Part shown: positions 39,484-49,740 of the stretch, one piece after another | How positions within the stretch are numbered: the first letter of the stretch is position 1 | How the letters are laid out: the number at the start of each line of letters is the position of its first letter | NCBI GenBank assembly: GCA_965205525.1 | Contig: OZ242171.1 | Span: forward strand, 6,289-70,288 | From: Gammaproteobacteria bacterium | GTDB lineage: Bacteria > Pseudomonadota > Gammaproteobacteria > JABABF01 | Direction: 5' to 3' | DNA: 64,000 nt | Notes under the pieces: generated by a model | The model's input: the letters and a program-made list of their open reading frames with translations, nothing else | Database searches by the model: none | Told to the model about the DNA's origin: nothing | Translations under genes and position numbers: made by a program

Positions 39484-40134
39484 TTAGGCTTGAACTGCTG
39501 CTGCCAAGTGCGCATCCAGTTCGGCCAGGGCCGGCCCGGATTCTGGGCCCACCAGCACCGTGCGCAGCCCCAGCGCATCGGCGGCATGCAAGTTGCCGTC
39601 AAAGTCGTCCAGAAATACCGCCCGCTGCGGCGCGACCCCGCCGAGGCGCTCCAGAGCAAGCCGGTAGATGGCTGGATCCGGTTTGCGTATGCCCTCGGCG
39701 GAGGAGTCCACCACCGTGTGGAAAATATCGTCCACCGGCAGCAGACTGCGCCAGCCGTCTCGAAATTCGGCGATATTGTTTGTCACCACCGCCAGCTGAT
39801 AACCGCTTTCTCGCAATGTGCGGGCCTTGGTCACCATTTCCTGGCGCAGGCCGCCGTCTGTGGGGAAGGATTCAAATACCTTGTACAGATCCAGATCCAG
39901 TCCTTTCTCGCGACTGAGATCTGTGATTGCCTGTCGCGCCTTTTCTATAGAGATTTCTCCTCGCTCCAGGCAATGCCAGGGATGATCCGTATCGCGGTAG
40001 TAATCACCGAAAATCAGTATCCCGACCTGTCTCGGGTCTGCTCCTATGCTTTCGGCATAGCTTTCCACTGCACCGAAGGGAGAATGGGTGAACACGCCCC
40101 CGAAATCAAAGAGGACTGCTTGAATGCGTTCCAT
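39484..40134 (-). CDS. HAD-superfamily hydrolase
   Basis: Motif I LFDFGGV with nucleophile Asp, and downstream HAD motifs (VVTNN, FLDD). 216 aa. Confidence 0.8.
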   Translation of the reverse strand: MERIQAVLFDFGGVFTHSPFGAVESYAESIGADPRQVGILIFGDYYRDTDHPWHCLERGEISIEKARQAITDLSREKGLDLDLYKVFESFPTDGGLRQEMVTKARTLRESGYQLAVVTNNIAEFRDGWRSLLPVDDIFHTVVDSSAEGIRKPDPAIYRLALERLGGVAPQRAVFLDDFDGNLHAADALGLRTVLVGPESGPALAELDAHLAAAVQA

Positions 40135-40203
40135 CCGCTGTACTCGGCTAAAGCTGACAGGCAGCGTGTATCGGTGAATAGAGAGCGGCTTCTATCACTT
40201 CTA

Positions 40204-41289
40204 TCACTTCATTCCGTATTTTGGAAACGGTCCGGTGAAAAACCATTCAAACAGCCCGTAGCCTGTATCGCCGGTGCTGGTTTCAAAGCGTGCGCCGGCA
40301 TCCCGCATACCCCACATGCGTTCCCGATCTTTTCCCATGTCCAGGCTGAAGTGCTGGACTTCCAGCTTGCCATGGTACATGCCATGACGCCAGTCTTCCT
40401 CCAGCCCGTAGCCAGTGCCCACCATCACAAACAGAGTTTCCAGGGGGAACGCCTTAATTTCCAGTGCGCCGCCGGGTGCATCGGGAAAGAGCAGACGTCC
40501 TTCCACGACATCGCTTCTGTCATCGGTAAAGCGGTGCTCGTGCTCCGGCCGTCCTAAGTATTCCGGCTCCCGGTTCGGGTCAGCCCACACCTTGGTCGCT
40601 TCCTCTAATTCGCGACTGCCGTCGGCGTGTTCATTGCAGATGAAAAGAATGGAGTAGTCATCAAACTGCATCGGGCAGTAGTTCCACATGCCCTGCATGC
40701 TGCCGGTGCTGCTGGCATGAATGCCCGGCGGCTCCATTTCGCCCACCGGACGAATGCCCCAGGAGCGGTCGCGGCTGCCCTTCCAGCGGTCGGGGGTGAC
40801 TTTGATATCCTCGTCGCCTACACGCAGTGTGCCGCTCCAGCAGCCGGTCTGCGCGAAACGCCGGGAATCAAACATCGCGCGCCCGTGGCGGCGGATAAAT
40901 TGATGCGGCTCCAGCAGGGCAGGTATCGCCCCTTCCCAAGTGACATCCATGGCGATGGGGTGCTCCTTGGAATCCTCCAGGATATAGCGCACTTTCTTCA
41001 GCCCCTCTATGATTTCCACGCGAAAAGGGCCGACGGAGATGTCGGAGCGGTCGCCGAGCTCCCGGGAGGCGCGCACCACATGATGGCTGCTGCCCCGGCG
41101 CACCGCTGCAAAGGCATCCTGCACCCCCAGGTTGGGGTATTGCCCGAGGCCCATCACCATGAACAGCTCGTCGCTGCTGCCATGCAGATTGAAATAGTAG
41201 CGGTCATAAAAATTGCGGTCGCTGGTGCCGACATGACGCATCACTTCGGGTGTTTGATGCAGGGGGTAATCATCCATTTTTGAGAGCAT
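40204..41289 (-). CDS. Conserved hypothetical protein (361 aa), no family recognised
   Basis: Long ORF with native GC content and codon usage in the catabolic cluster. No motif recognised by eye. Confidence 0.4.
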   Translation of the reverse strand: MLSKMDDYPLHQTPEVMRHVGTSDRNFYDRYYFNLHGSSDELFMVMGLGQYPNLGVQDAFAAVRRGSSHHVVRASRELGDRSDISVGPFRVEIIEGLKKVRYILEDSKEHPIAMDVTWEGAIPALLEPHQFIRRHGRAMFDSRRFAQTGCWSGTLRVGDEDIKVTPDRWKGSRDRSWGIRPVGEMEPPGIHASSTGSMQGMWNYCPMQFDDYSILFICNEHADGSRELEEATKVWADPNREPEYLGRPEHEHRFTDDRSDVVEGRLLFPDAPGGALEIKAFPLETLFVMVGTGYGLEEDWRHGMYHGKLEVQHFSLDMGKDRERMWGMRDAGARFETSTGDTGYGLFEWFFTGPFPKYGMK

Positions 41290-41344
41290 GGCTATTCTCC
41301 TCTAGAGGTGCAGACGATGGCGACGGGCACGCAGTGCAACCGGT

Positions 41345-42070
41345 TCAGAATGCGGCTTCATAATACCAGTTGCCCGGTATCATCCAAAAGCGGTGCCGCG
41401 GTCCGGACAGTGCCGGGTCGCCCTCTTTGTAGCCTGCATCTTCTTCGTACAGGTTGCAGATGGCATTGTCCTGCATCACGATTTTTGGCACAAAGCGAAG
41501 TGCGCCGCGCGCTCTGCAGGAGTGCAGGATTTCCGCCGTGGAGGCCGCTTCGCACAGCCACTGCAGGGTGACGAAGGTCGGCGGCAGAATGGAGATTTCC
41601 CCTTGCTGCTGGGCGTTCAGGGCTTCCTGCGGGTGAAACCAGCGATGGCGGGAGATCTCGCTGCCGTCCACTGTCACCGCCTGGCCCGGCTCCGCAGCAG
41701 CGAGAAAAAACCAGGTGGAGTAGCGTTTCGGGCTCTCTTCGGGAGCCGTCCAATGGGCGATATAGAGCAGGGAAGAGGCATCCAGCTTAACGGCGGCCTC
41801 CTCTTCGGTCTCGCGCACCGCCGCCTGCCGGGCCGCCGCCTCGCTCTCCGGCGACAGGCCCGCCGGGCAGTCCTCCGGGTCTACAGCGCCGCCCGGGAAC
41901 ACCCATGAGCCGCCTATAAACTTCACTTCGCGGCTGCGCCGCAGCAGCAGCACTTCCGGCCCGTCGCTGCCGTCCCGCACCAGCACCACGGTGGCGGCCG
42001 GGCGCAGGGGCGGCACCTTATTGGGGGCAACGGGCCGCAGGGCAGAGGCTTTGGGATTTTCGGTCTGCAC
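41345..42070 (-). CDS. NUDIX hydrolase
   Basis: Nudix box GGAVDPEDCPAGLSPESEAAARQAAVRETEEEAAV, matching the pattern G-x5-E-x7-REUxEExGU. Confidence 0.8.
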   Translation of the reverse strand: MQTENPKASALRPVAPNKVPPLRPAATVVLVRDGSDGPEVLLLRRSREVKFIGGSWVFPGGAVDPEDCPAGLSPESEAAARQAAVRETEEEAAVKLDASSLLYIAHWTAPEESPKRYSTWFFLAAAEPGQAVTVDGSEISRHRWFHPQEALNAQQQGEISILPPTFVTLQWLCEAASTAEILHSCRARGALRFVPKIVMQDNAICNLYEEDAGYKEGDPALSGPRHRFWMIPGNWYYEAAF

Positions 42071-42076
42071 GGGAGA

Positions 42077-43294
42077 TCAGCTGGCCAGATTCAGAACTTT
42101 GCAGGCGTTGTCGCGCATGATGCGGCGCACCGCGGCGGCCGGCATTCTGCTCATGCCCTCCACCATCTGCACCGGCCACTCCAGCCCCTCGGGGTGGGGA
42201 AAGTCGGAGCCGTTGATGATCTGCTCTTCGCCAATCGCTTCTGCCAGTTCCACAATGTCGTCCTCGTGGAAGGGCACCACCTTGAAGTGGCGGCGGAAGA
42301 TTTCACTGGGGGGCTGCTCCGGCTTGCCATAGCGCCACCGGCTCTTGTGCTCGTTTACGCGGTACACCTTGTCTATGGTCTTCACGAAATGCGGCACCCA
42401 GGCGGCGCCGAATTCCACCGCCAGCACGCACAATCCGGGAAAACGCCCGAACAGGTTGTGAAACAGCATAGATGCGGCGGTGTCGGTGATGTTGCGCTCG
42501 CCGATGCCGACATAGGTGTTGAACGCGGTAAAGCGATGGGAGGGCGGGGCTGCCGGCTCGCCCCAGGGCGCTGCATATATTTCGTTGAAGCCGGTCTCGC
42601 CGATATGCAGGGCGATGATAAGACCGGCCTCCTGCACCCGCGCCCAGAAGGGGTCGTAGCAGCTGTCGGCAGGGGATTTGCCGTCAATGGGTCCAGCGGT
42701 GATGTGCAGGATGCGCACTCCCTCGCCGAGCAGGCGATCCACCTCTCGCACCGCCTCTTCCACATCCGCCAGGGAGACCACGGCGGTGGAGAAGATGCGC
42801 CCATCTCCGCCCCAACCCCATTCCTCGGCCACCCAGCGATTGAAGGCGCGCAGGCTGGGATAGAGCGCGTCCGGGTGTTCGCGCAGCTGGTATTCCACAC
42901 CGACACCCAGAGTAGGCAGCATCACGCATGCCTCCACCTGCTGCTCGTCCATCAGCGCAAGACGCGCTTTGCGCTTGGTGAAGGCCGGGCAGTCCTTTAT
43001 CTGGATCGGGTTCAGGTTGACATGACCGCCCTCCTCGGTGACACCCTTGAAGAAGTTGCGCATTGCCCCTGGCGGTCCCACATGATCGGCGACTCCGGTG
43101 CTGAAAAAACTCAGCCGCTCGTCTCCCAGCATCATCACGCCGAGGCCGTCCGAGCGGCTCTTCCGGTCTACCCACACAGTGTGTTTCTGATGCTTCGCCT
43201 CAATGTGGCGGGTGAAGCAGTCGTCCGGCTCGTAGTAGTGGTTGTCGCAGTCTATGATGGGAAAGTTCACTAAGGGTTTGGGCTTGCTGGCCAT
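42077..43294 (-). CDS. Amidohydrolase-2 family metal-dependent hydrolase/decarboxylase (ACMSD/LigW-like TIM barrel)
   Basis: N-terminal IDCDNHYYEP (HxH-type metal site at strand 1) and conserved His/Asp positions characteristic of PF04909-type enzymes. 405 aa. Confidence 0.7.
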   Translation of the reverse strand: MASKPKPLVNFPIIDCDNHYYEPDDCFTRHIEAKHQKHTVWVDRKSRSDGLGVMMLGDERLSFFSTGVADHVGPPGAMRNFFKGVTEEGGHVNLNPIQIKDCPAFTKRKARLALMDEQQVEACVMLPTLGVGVEYQLREHPDALYPSLRAFNRWVAEEWGWGGDGRIFSTAVVSLADVEEAVREVDRLLGEGVRILHITAGPIDGKSPADSCYDPFWARVQEAGLIIALHIGETGFNEIYAAPWGEPAAPPSHRFTAFNTYVGIGERNITDTAASMLFHNLFGRFPGLCVLAVEFGAAWVPHFVKTIDKVYRVNEHKSRWRYGKPEQPPSEIFRRHFKVVPFHEDDIVELAEAIGEEQIINGSDFPHPEGLEWPVQMVEGMSRMPAAAVRRIMRDNACKVLNLAS

Positions 43295-43311
43295 GGCGGC
43301 TTGCCTCCTCT

Positions 43312-43770
43312 TTAGAAATAAAAGCGGCTGACGGTGTCGGCTACGCAGGCGGGCCGCTCGCTGTTCTCCAGCTCCACCGTTACCCGCACCACTGCCTGCA
43401 CGCCGCCCTTGACTTCATCCACCTCTGTGAGCGCGCCGCTGCCGCGCACGCGGGAGCCTGCCGGCACCGGTGCCGGGAAGCGCACGCGGTTGCAGCCGTA
43501 GTTGATGCCCATGGAGCTGTTCTCCACCTTGCAGATCTCCGGCAGAAAGAGATTCACCAGGGACAAAGTCAGGTAGCCGTGGGCGATGCACGCACCGTAG
43601 GGTCCCTCCTTTGCCCGCTCCGGGTCCACATGAATCCACTGATGGTCGCCGGTTGCATCTGCGAACTGGCTGATGCGCTTCTGGGTGATTTCCAGCCAGT
43701 CGCTGCTGCCCAGCACTCGGCCCGGCTCGGTGCCCAGCAGCTCAGCGGGTGAGGAGAAGACAGTGCCCAT
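43312..43770 (-). CDS. MaoC-like (R)-specific enoyl-CoA hydratase/dehydratase (hot-dog fold)
   Basis: Hydratase-2 motif DATGDHQWIHVDPERAKEGPYGACIAHG. 152 aa. Confidence 0.8.
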   Translation of the reverse strand: MGTVFSSPAELLGTEPGRVLGSSDWLEITQKRISQFADATGDHQWIHVDPERAKEGPYGACIAHGYLTLSLVNLFLPEICKVENSSMGINYGCNRVRFPAPVPAGSRVRGSGALTEVDEVKGGVQAVVRVTVELENSERPACVADTVSRFYF

Positions 43771-43775
43771 CAGTT

Positions 43776-44549
43776 CTAGACGCCGTAGCCGCCGTCCACC
43801 GCCAGCAGCTGCCCGGTGACATAGGCGGCGCGGTTAGAAGCGAGGTAGACCGCCGCATGTGCAATTTCCTCCGCCTTGCCCCAGCGCCGGATGCACAGTT
43901 TTTCGTGCACGGCCTGTACCCACTGTTCATCAAACACCCCTTCGTCCAGCAGCCGGAGAAAGATGCCGGTTTCAATTACCCCGAGGGCGATGCTGTTGGC
44001 GCGGATGCCGTGGCGGCCCTCCTCCTTGGCGATGCCCTGCACCAGGGATTCAATCGCCGCCTTCGGAGCCACCGACAGCACATCCCGGTCCGGCCAGCGC
44101 TGCAGGCCGGCGGAGCTGATATGCACAAAGGAGCCGCCGCCCCCGTCCCTGAGATGGGGCAGGGAGGAATGCACGATGCTGAAAAACCCGTTGAGGTCGG
44201 CTTGAATCACCTTCTGCCATTGCTCCGGGCTGAGATCGCGGATCATCACCTGCTCTATGTCGGAGCCCGCGGCCACCACCACCGTGTGCAGACGGCTTTT
44301 GCCCGCGACGGCATCTATCACCGACTTCACCTGTGCCGCATCGCCGATGGACAGGGCGTGGCACTCGGCGCGGCGGCCGAGGGCCTCCACGGCGGCGGCG
44401 GCTTCCCGGGCGCGGTCTTCATTGCTGCGGTAGGTGAGGGCGACATCGCTGCCCGCCCGGGCCAGCTCTTCACAGACGGCGGCGCCGACACCGCCGCTGC
44501 CGCCGATCACCAGGGCGGCGCCTTCGGGGAAATCAGGTGCAGATGTCAT
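43776..44549 (-). CDS. Short-chain dehydrogenase/reductase (SDR)
   Basis: GGSGGVGAAV cofactor motif and the SDR catalytic region. 257 aa. Confidence 0.8.
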   Translation of the reverse strand: MTSAPDFPEGAALVIGGSGGVGAAVCEELARAGSDVALTYRSNEDRAREAAAAVEALGRRAECHALSIGDAAQVKSVIDAVAGKSRLHTVVVAAGSDIEQVMIRDLSPEQWQKVIQADLNGFFSIVHSSLPHLRDGGGGSFVHISSAGLQRWPDRDVLSVAPKAAIESLVQGIAKEEGRHGIRANSIALGVIETGIFLRLLDEGVFDEQWVQAVHEKLCIRRWGKAEEIAHAAVYLASNRAAYVTGQLLAVDGGYGV

Positions 44550-44561
44550 GATGAATACTCC

Positions 44562-45083
44562 TCAGGCCTGGCTGGAAGGGTTGTCAACTTCCAAAGGCGC
44601 GGTGCGTCCGGCGAACAGAAGACGAAGGTCATCGCTGTAATCCAGCATCTGGGTGGAGCTGACTTCAAAGGCCGAGTGCGACATGTGCCAGCCCTCTTTT
44701 GTGCGGACATACTCGTCCCGGTATATCCCGCCCAGCTGCACGGCATTCTTATCCCGGGTGTTGATCATGTAGTAATACAGACTCCAGACCCCCCGCGCAT
44801 GCTCTCTGTCCAGGATTTCAATGTCCGGGTTCTGGGCGTGATGCATCTCCACGATGTGCTCTTGGCAGGCGAGGTCGGAGAATACCTGGGTCAGCTCATC
44901 CCGGCTGCGGTACGAGCCGATACGCCCGTATTCAATAGTGATTTCCCCCTCGGCAAAGCAGCTGCGAAAAGCCTCTTTGTCCTTGCCGTCACAGGCCCGA
45001 AAATAGCGGTACTTGAGCTGCTTGATGGCCTCCGTATCCTCCAGTGCGCCGATGCGCTTTTCCAGTGCGGCGAGATCTGTCAT
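44562..45083 (-). CDS. NTF2-like / SnoaL-like family protein
   Basis: ~170-aa alpha+beta cone architecture with conserved RYFRACD...W pattern. Typical accessory protein of steroid/aromatic catabolic clusters. Family-level call. Confidence 0.55.
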   Translation of the reverse strand: MTDLAALEKRIGALEDTEAIKQLKYRYFRACDGKDKEAFRSCFAEGEITIEYGRIGSYRSRDELTQVFSDLACQEHIVEMHHAQNPDIEILDREHARGVWSLYYYMINTRDKNAVQLGGIYRDEYVRTKEGWHMSHSAFEVSSTQMLDYSDDLRLLFAGRTAPLEVDNPSSQA

Positions 45084-45096
45084 GGCACTCTGCAGC

Positions 45097-46053
45097 TTAC
45101 TTCAGCAGTCCCGGTTCCGTCGCCTGCACCATGCGACGGATGCCGTCTTGCCAATCCACTCGGGTCTTGCCGATGAGCTCATGCATCAGGGTGGTATCAA
45201 TGGCAAGACCGCCAAAGGCATCGGGATTGTCCTGAAAGCGCGGCACAAGACCCGTCAGCTCTCCCATGTATTCACACCATTCTTCAATCGCGACAGCGGT
45301 GGAGCCGCCGAAGTTCACCGTTACTGCCTCAGAGGATGCGGCGCCCAGCAGCAGCGGAACCTTCTCAATATAGTCATCCACATGCAGAGGGTTGTAGCGA
45401 TTGGGACGGTCCGGATGAACCTCAATGGGCTTCCCCTCCTTCAGCAGCAGCAGGTGCAGCCAGGGCCAGCCGCCGTTGTCGCCGTAGGGCACGCTGAGGC
45501 GAGCGATAATGGCTGGAATGCCGAATTGCCGCGCTGTGAAACGAACCATGCTTTCGGCGGCAATCTTGGAAATGCTGTAGGTGGGGAACATGTGGCGATG
45601 ATTGTCGCCCAGGGGCGCGTCTTCCCGCCGCAGCGCCTGCCCCTCGTATTGGTAGACAGCAGTGGAAGAGCAGTGCAGCACCGCCCGGGCACCCCGGCAG
45701 TGCGCCATCAGCCGCCCAATTCCCTCCGCATTGGCCGCTAAGTCATAGGTAAAATCGCCGCTCTTGACCACGGCGAAGTTCAGAATGTAGTCAAAATCCT
45801 TCGGCACTGCCGCAAGACCATCCGGCAGCGCCAAGTCCGCCGCCACCGGACGAATGCCCAGCTTCTCTATCCGCTCCCTGGCCTCCGGCGCAGCAAAGCG
45901 GGCCAGCCCCCAGACCTCCGCCTGCCCCGCCAGGCTTTCGGCCACCGGCAGCGCCACCTGGCCGGTTACGCCGGTAACCAGCACCTTGCGGCCAGCGAGT
46001 TCAACTGGGGAGACGGACATGGAATCATTTACAAAAGCGGGCAGAGAAGACAA
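45097..46053 (-). CDS. NAD-dependent epimerase/dehydratase family (extended SDR) protein
   Basis: VLVTGVTGQVA Rossmann motif and extended-SDR length (318 aa). Confidence 0.7.
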   Translation of the reverse strand: MSSLPAFVNDSMSVSPVELAGRKVLVTGVTGQVALPVAESLAGQAEVWGLARFAAPEARERIEKLGIRPVAADLALPDGLAAVPKDFDYILNFAVVKSGDFTYDLAANAEGIGRLMAHCRGARAVLHCSSTAVYQYEGQALRREDAPLGDNHRHMFPTYSISKIAAESMVRFTARQFGIPAIIARLSVPYGDNGGWPWLHLLLLKEGKPIEVHPDRPNRYNPLHVDDYIEKVPLLLGAASSEAVTVNFGGSTAVAIEEWCEYMGELTGLVPRFQDNPDAFGGLAIDTTLMHELIGKTRVDWQDGIRRMVQATEPGLLK

Positions 46054-46387
46054 TCATACATAAAAATCAGGCTTTATGTATAACATCACTCAGTACAGGT
46101 GCACACGGTCATCAATGGAGGCGATTGCAGATGTGCAAACGCCAAGGGCTGAAAAGCCGGCTCATCGCCATTAATCAGTAGGTCTGTTCCACAACCTCTT
46201 GATTATTCTACAGGTATCATGCCCATGCCATAATGGCCAACCACAGCAAAGTATGGATACGCAGATCTAGGGGGGACTAGATGATCAGCATCGCGCAGTT
46301 TGAAAGGACCTCTGTTTGGATTATGATTCATTGAGCTGCGGATCTCTGTGAGAAGGGACTTGATCTTCTGAGACAGCAAAATTTTTT

Positions 46388-48571
46388 ATGAAAATAAGCA
46401 ATCAAGAAAAGCAGGAGGTTTTGCATCATTTAAACGCTGGCAAACCCCTGCCGGATAAATACCGCTTTCTGCTATTTGATGAAACGCAGCAAGTAGAGTT
46501 GATTTGGAACGGCAAAACCAACGCTGTTTGCGATGTGGTGTTGCCGTTTCAAACGATTGAGCAAGTAGATGAGCCGCGTTCTGAGGAAGCTATGCAAAAG
46601 GAATTGGGTCTGTTTGACCCTGAGAGCGGAAGACAGCTCAAAGGCTGGAGCAACAAACTTATCTGGGGAGACAACAAACTAATTTTATCATCGCTGCTGC
46701 GCGGCCCGTTGAGACAGGAGATTGAAGAGCAAGGCGGATTGAAACTGATTTACATTGACCCGCCGTTTGATGTCGGCGCGGATTTTAAGATGAACATAGA
46801 GATTGGCGATGAAACGCTGGCCAAAGAGCCGGGGATTCTTGAGGAAATCGCCTATCGGGACACTTGGGGCAAAGGGGCGGATTCGTTTATTGCGATGATT
46901 TACGAGCGGTTGCGACTAATGCGTGATTTGCTTGCGGAGGATGGGAGTATTTATGTGCATTGTGATTGGCGATTATCCAGCCAGATTAAATTGGTTCTTG
47001 ATGAAGTTTTCGCATCGTATTTTAGGGGTGAAATTATCTGGAAAAAGGATGCTGTAGGTAAAGGTGGCAAGAAAAAAGCGAAACATTGGCCGAAGACTTT
47101 TGATAATATCATTGCTTATTCTAAAGCGCAGGAAGTGATCTTTAACATGCTTACTGGATCAATCACTGATAAGCAGGTCAAAGAGTTTCGATATGAAGAT
47201 CCTGATGGACGGAAGTTCAAGCGGACATCGTTAGGTAACTATTCCGATGATTCAATTGCGAAAATGGAATACGAAGGATATATCTATGTTTCTCGAACTG
47301 GCCAAAAATATAAAAAATACTATTTAGATGAATATACTATTCCGCTTGATTCGATTTGGATCGATATTCCGGGATTCGGTGTGGCAACGGCGTCTCAGGA
47401 ACTCGTAGGTTACCCAACCCAAAAACCCGAAAAACTTCTTGAGCGCATCATCAAAGCATCTTCAAGTGAAGGCGACCTTGTCGCCGACTTCTTCTGCGGT
47501 TCCGGCACGACCGCCGCCGTCGCTGAAAAACTTGGCCGCAAGTGGATTTGCTCAGACCTCGGCAAATTTGCCATTCACACAACACGCAAACGGATGATTG
47601 GCGTTCAGCGGAAATTGAAAAAAGACGGCAAAGATTACCGCGCCTTTGAAGTGTTGAACCTCGGCAAGTATGAACGCCAGCATTACATCGGTGTCAATCC
47701 AAACCTTTCTGAAACAGAGCAAGGCGTCCAACTCCGGCAAAAGGAGCGAAAATATGTGGAACTTATTTTGAGCGCCTACAGCGCCGAAGCAATTGCCAAT
47801 GACGGATTTTTTCAAGGCAAGAAAGCCGGACGAATGGTTGCCATTGGACCCATCAACCTGCCGGTTGCGCGTCCCTTTGTGGAATCTCTTATTGCCGAAT
47901 GCCTTTCCCGTAAAATCACCCGCGCAGATATTCTCGCCTTTGAGTTTGAAATGGGGCTATTCCCGAGTGTTCAGGAAGAAGCAAAACAGCAAGGCATAGA
48001 TTTGGCATTGAAATACATCCCGCCCGATGTCTTTGACAAACGCGCCGTGGAGAAAGGACAGGTTGTTTTTCACGATGTTTCCTATATTGAGGTGAAAGTC
48101 CATAGTCGCAAACAGAAGAAACGACTGTTTATTTCAGTGGAACTTGCGGGCTATTCAGCACACTATTCGCAAGATGCCGACATTGCCGAAACCTTGAAGA
48201 ATAACAAAAGCAAAGTCATTGTGGAGAACGGAAAGGTTATCAAAATCAGCAAAAATAAAGAAGGCAAACCCTCCCATAAAATCCTGACCAAGAGTTGGAA
48301 AGACTGGATTGACTACTGGGCGGTGGATTTTGATTTTGAAAGCAAACAGGAGTTCATCCGCAAAGAGAATCCGGACACCAGAGAGTCAGAACAACACGCC
48401 ACCGGAGACTTCATCTTTGAAAACGAATGGCAGAGCTTCCGCACAAGGAAAAGCAGGGAGTTGGAGTTTGTGAGTGTGGAGAAAGGAATAACACTGCCGC
48501 GCAAGGTTGCCGTTAAAGTTGTAGACATCTTTGGCAATGATACAATGAGGGTTGTGAAAGTATGGCCATAA
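46388..48571 (+). CDS. mod: Type III restriction-modification methyltransferase (Mod), beta-class N6-adenine MTase
   Basis: Motif IV DPPF precedes motif I (ADFFCGSGTTAAVA) and YPTQKPEKLLERII, which is the Mod/beta-class order. The long central variable region is a target-recognition domain. AT-rich island. Confidence 0.85.
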   Translation: MKISNQEKQEVLHHLNAGKPLPDKYRFLLFDETQQVELIWNGKTNAVCDVVLPFQTIEQVDEPRSEEAMQKELGLFDPESGRQLKGWSNKLIWGDNKLILSSLLRGPLRQEIEEQGGLKLIYIDPPFDVGADFKMNIEIGDETLAKEPGILEEIAYRDTWGKGADSFIAMIYERLRLMRDLLAEDGSIYVHCDWRLSSQIKLVLDEVFASYFRGEIIWKKDAVGKGGKKKAKHWPKTFDNIIAYSKAQEVIFNMLTGSITDKQVKEFRYEDPDGRKFKRTSLGNYSDDSIAKMEYEGYIYVSRTGQKYKKYYLDEYTIPLDSIWIDIPGFGVATASQELVGYPTQKPEKLLERIIKASSSEGDLVADFFCGSGTTAAVAEKLGRKWICSDLGKFAIHTTRKRMIGVQRKLKKDGKDYRAFEVLNLGKYERQHYIGVNPNLSETEQGVQLRQKERKYVELILSAYSAEAIANDGFFQGKKAGRMVAIGPINLPVARPFVESLIAECLSRKITRADILAFEFEMGLFPSVQEEAKQQGIDLALKYIPPDVFDKRAVEKGQVVFHDVSYIEVKVHSRKQKKRLFISVELAGYSAHYSQDADIAETLKNNKSKVIVENGKVIKISKNKEGKPSHKILTKSWKDWIDYWAVDFDFESKQEFIRKENPDTRESEQHATGDFIFENEWQSFRTRKSRELEFVSVEKGITLPRKVAVKVVDIFGNDTMRVVKVWP

Positions 48572-49740
48572 AAGCACAAATAACTCCTATAGTGCTATCT
48601 TGGGCAAGAGATAGTGCCGGATACTCTGTTGACGAAATAGCAGAGAAACTGAATCAGAAAAGAGTGTCATCAGCAACGATAGAGGCTTGGGAAAATGGTG
48701 AAGACAAACCAACCTACACACAGTTGGAAAGGCTTGCCGAATACTACAAACGTCCCATCGCTGTATTTTATTTCCCATCACCACCCGAGGAAGATCTTAT
48801 TGATAAAAGATTCAGGTCTTTACCTGAATCTTATTTGCAAAATTTGCCACCCAACATACGATATATTGTGAAAAAGGCATCAGCAAGACAACTTGATTTG
48901 TATGAACTACATGGAGGTGCTATGTCAGAAAATATACAGATTTTTAAAAACAATATTGCAAATGTTGGACATAACATAACAGAATTAGCATCTCGAGTGC
49001 GAGATATAATCGGCATTCCATTAGATACACAGCGCAACTGGAAAAACTCCGATGAGGCTATGAAACAATGGCGTAGTGCCTTGGAAGGTATGGGCATTTG
49101 GGTATTTAAGGATGCATTCAAAAATAAAAATTACAGTGGCTTTTGCCTCGATGATCAGCATTTTCCAGTGATTTACATCAATAGTAGCACAAGAAAACAA
49201 CGCCAAATCTTTACGCTGTTTCACGAACTAGCACATTTGATTTTGGGAAAGGGAGGAGTCAGCTTTTGGGACAATATGGAAAATACATTTGTTGGCAAAT
49301 ATAAAAGCGAAGAAAAATTCTGCAATGCATTTGCTGGTGAGTTTCTAGTGCCTGACTCCAGCCTGTCAATATCTGGAAAACCCGACGAAATTGAAATTGA
49401 AAAATATGCAGAACAATATAAAGTTAGTCGTGAAGTTATCCTGAGAAAATACCTTGATAAAAACCTGATCAACCAGAAATTTTACAATGAAAAAGTACAC
49501 CTTTGGAAAATCCAATGGGAAGAAAAACAAGGAAAACAAAAACAACACACAAAGAAAAAAGGAGGCCCCACCTACTACTTAACCAAAAAATCTCATCTGG
49601 GAAATAAATACCTGGACTTGGTCTTTTCAGAATACTATAAACAGAGAATTAACCAGTATCAACTATCTGATTATCTGGGGGTGAAAATTAAGTCTTTGGC
49701 AACTCTTGAGGGATATATGCATCAGGGAGTTTCAGTCTAA
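48562..49740 (+). CDS. XRE-type HTH domain fused to ImmA/IrrE-family metallopeptidase (COG2856)
   Basis: N-terminal HTH (SVDEIAEKLNQKRVSSATIEAWENGEDKPTYTQLERLAEYY) and HEXXH zinc site HELAHLILG. Overlaps the Mod stop and the downstream gene start (operonic). Confidence 0.8.
   Translation: MAIKAQITPIVLSWARDSAGYSVDEIAEKLNQKRVSSATIEAWENGEDKPTYTQLERLAEYYKRPIAVFYFPSPPEEDLIDKRFRSLPESYLQNLPPNIRYIVKKASARQLDLYELHGGAMSENIQIFKNNIANVGHNITELASRVRDIIGIPLDTQRNWKNSDEAMKQWRSALEGMGIWVFKDAFKNKNYSGFCLDDQHFPVIYINSSTRKQRQIFTLFHELAHLILGKGGVSFWDNMENTFVGKYKSEEKFCNAFAGEFLVPDSSLSISGKPDEIEIEKYAEQYKVSREVILRKYLDKNLINQKFYNEKVHLWKIQWEEKQGKQKQHTKKKGGPTYYLTKKSHLGNKYLDLVFSEYYKQRINQYQLSDYLGVKIKSLATLEGYMHQGVSV

Noticed and set aside
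46054-46387. Inverted repeat ACATAAA-N8-TTTATGT and AT-rich stretch at the left border of the R-M island as possible att site or terminator
   Set aside because: The stem is only 7 bp and AT-rich. There is no matching repeat at the right border (52923-53062) and no recombinase gene.
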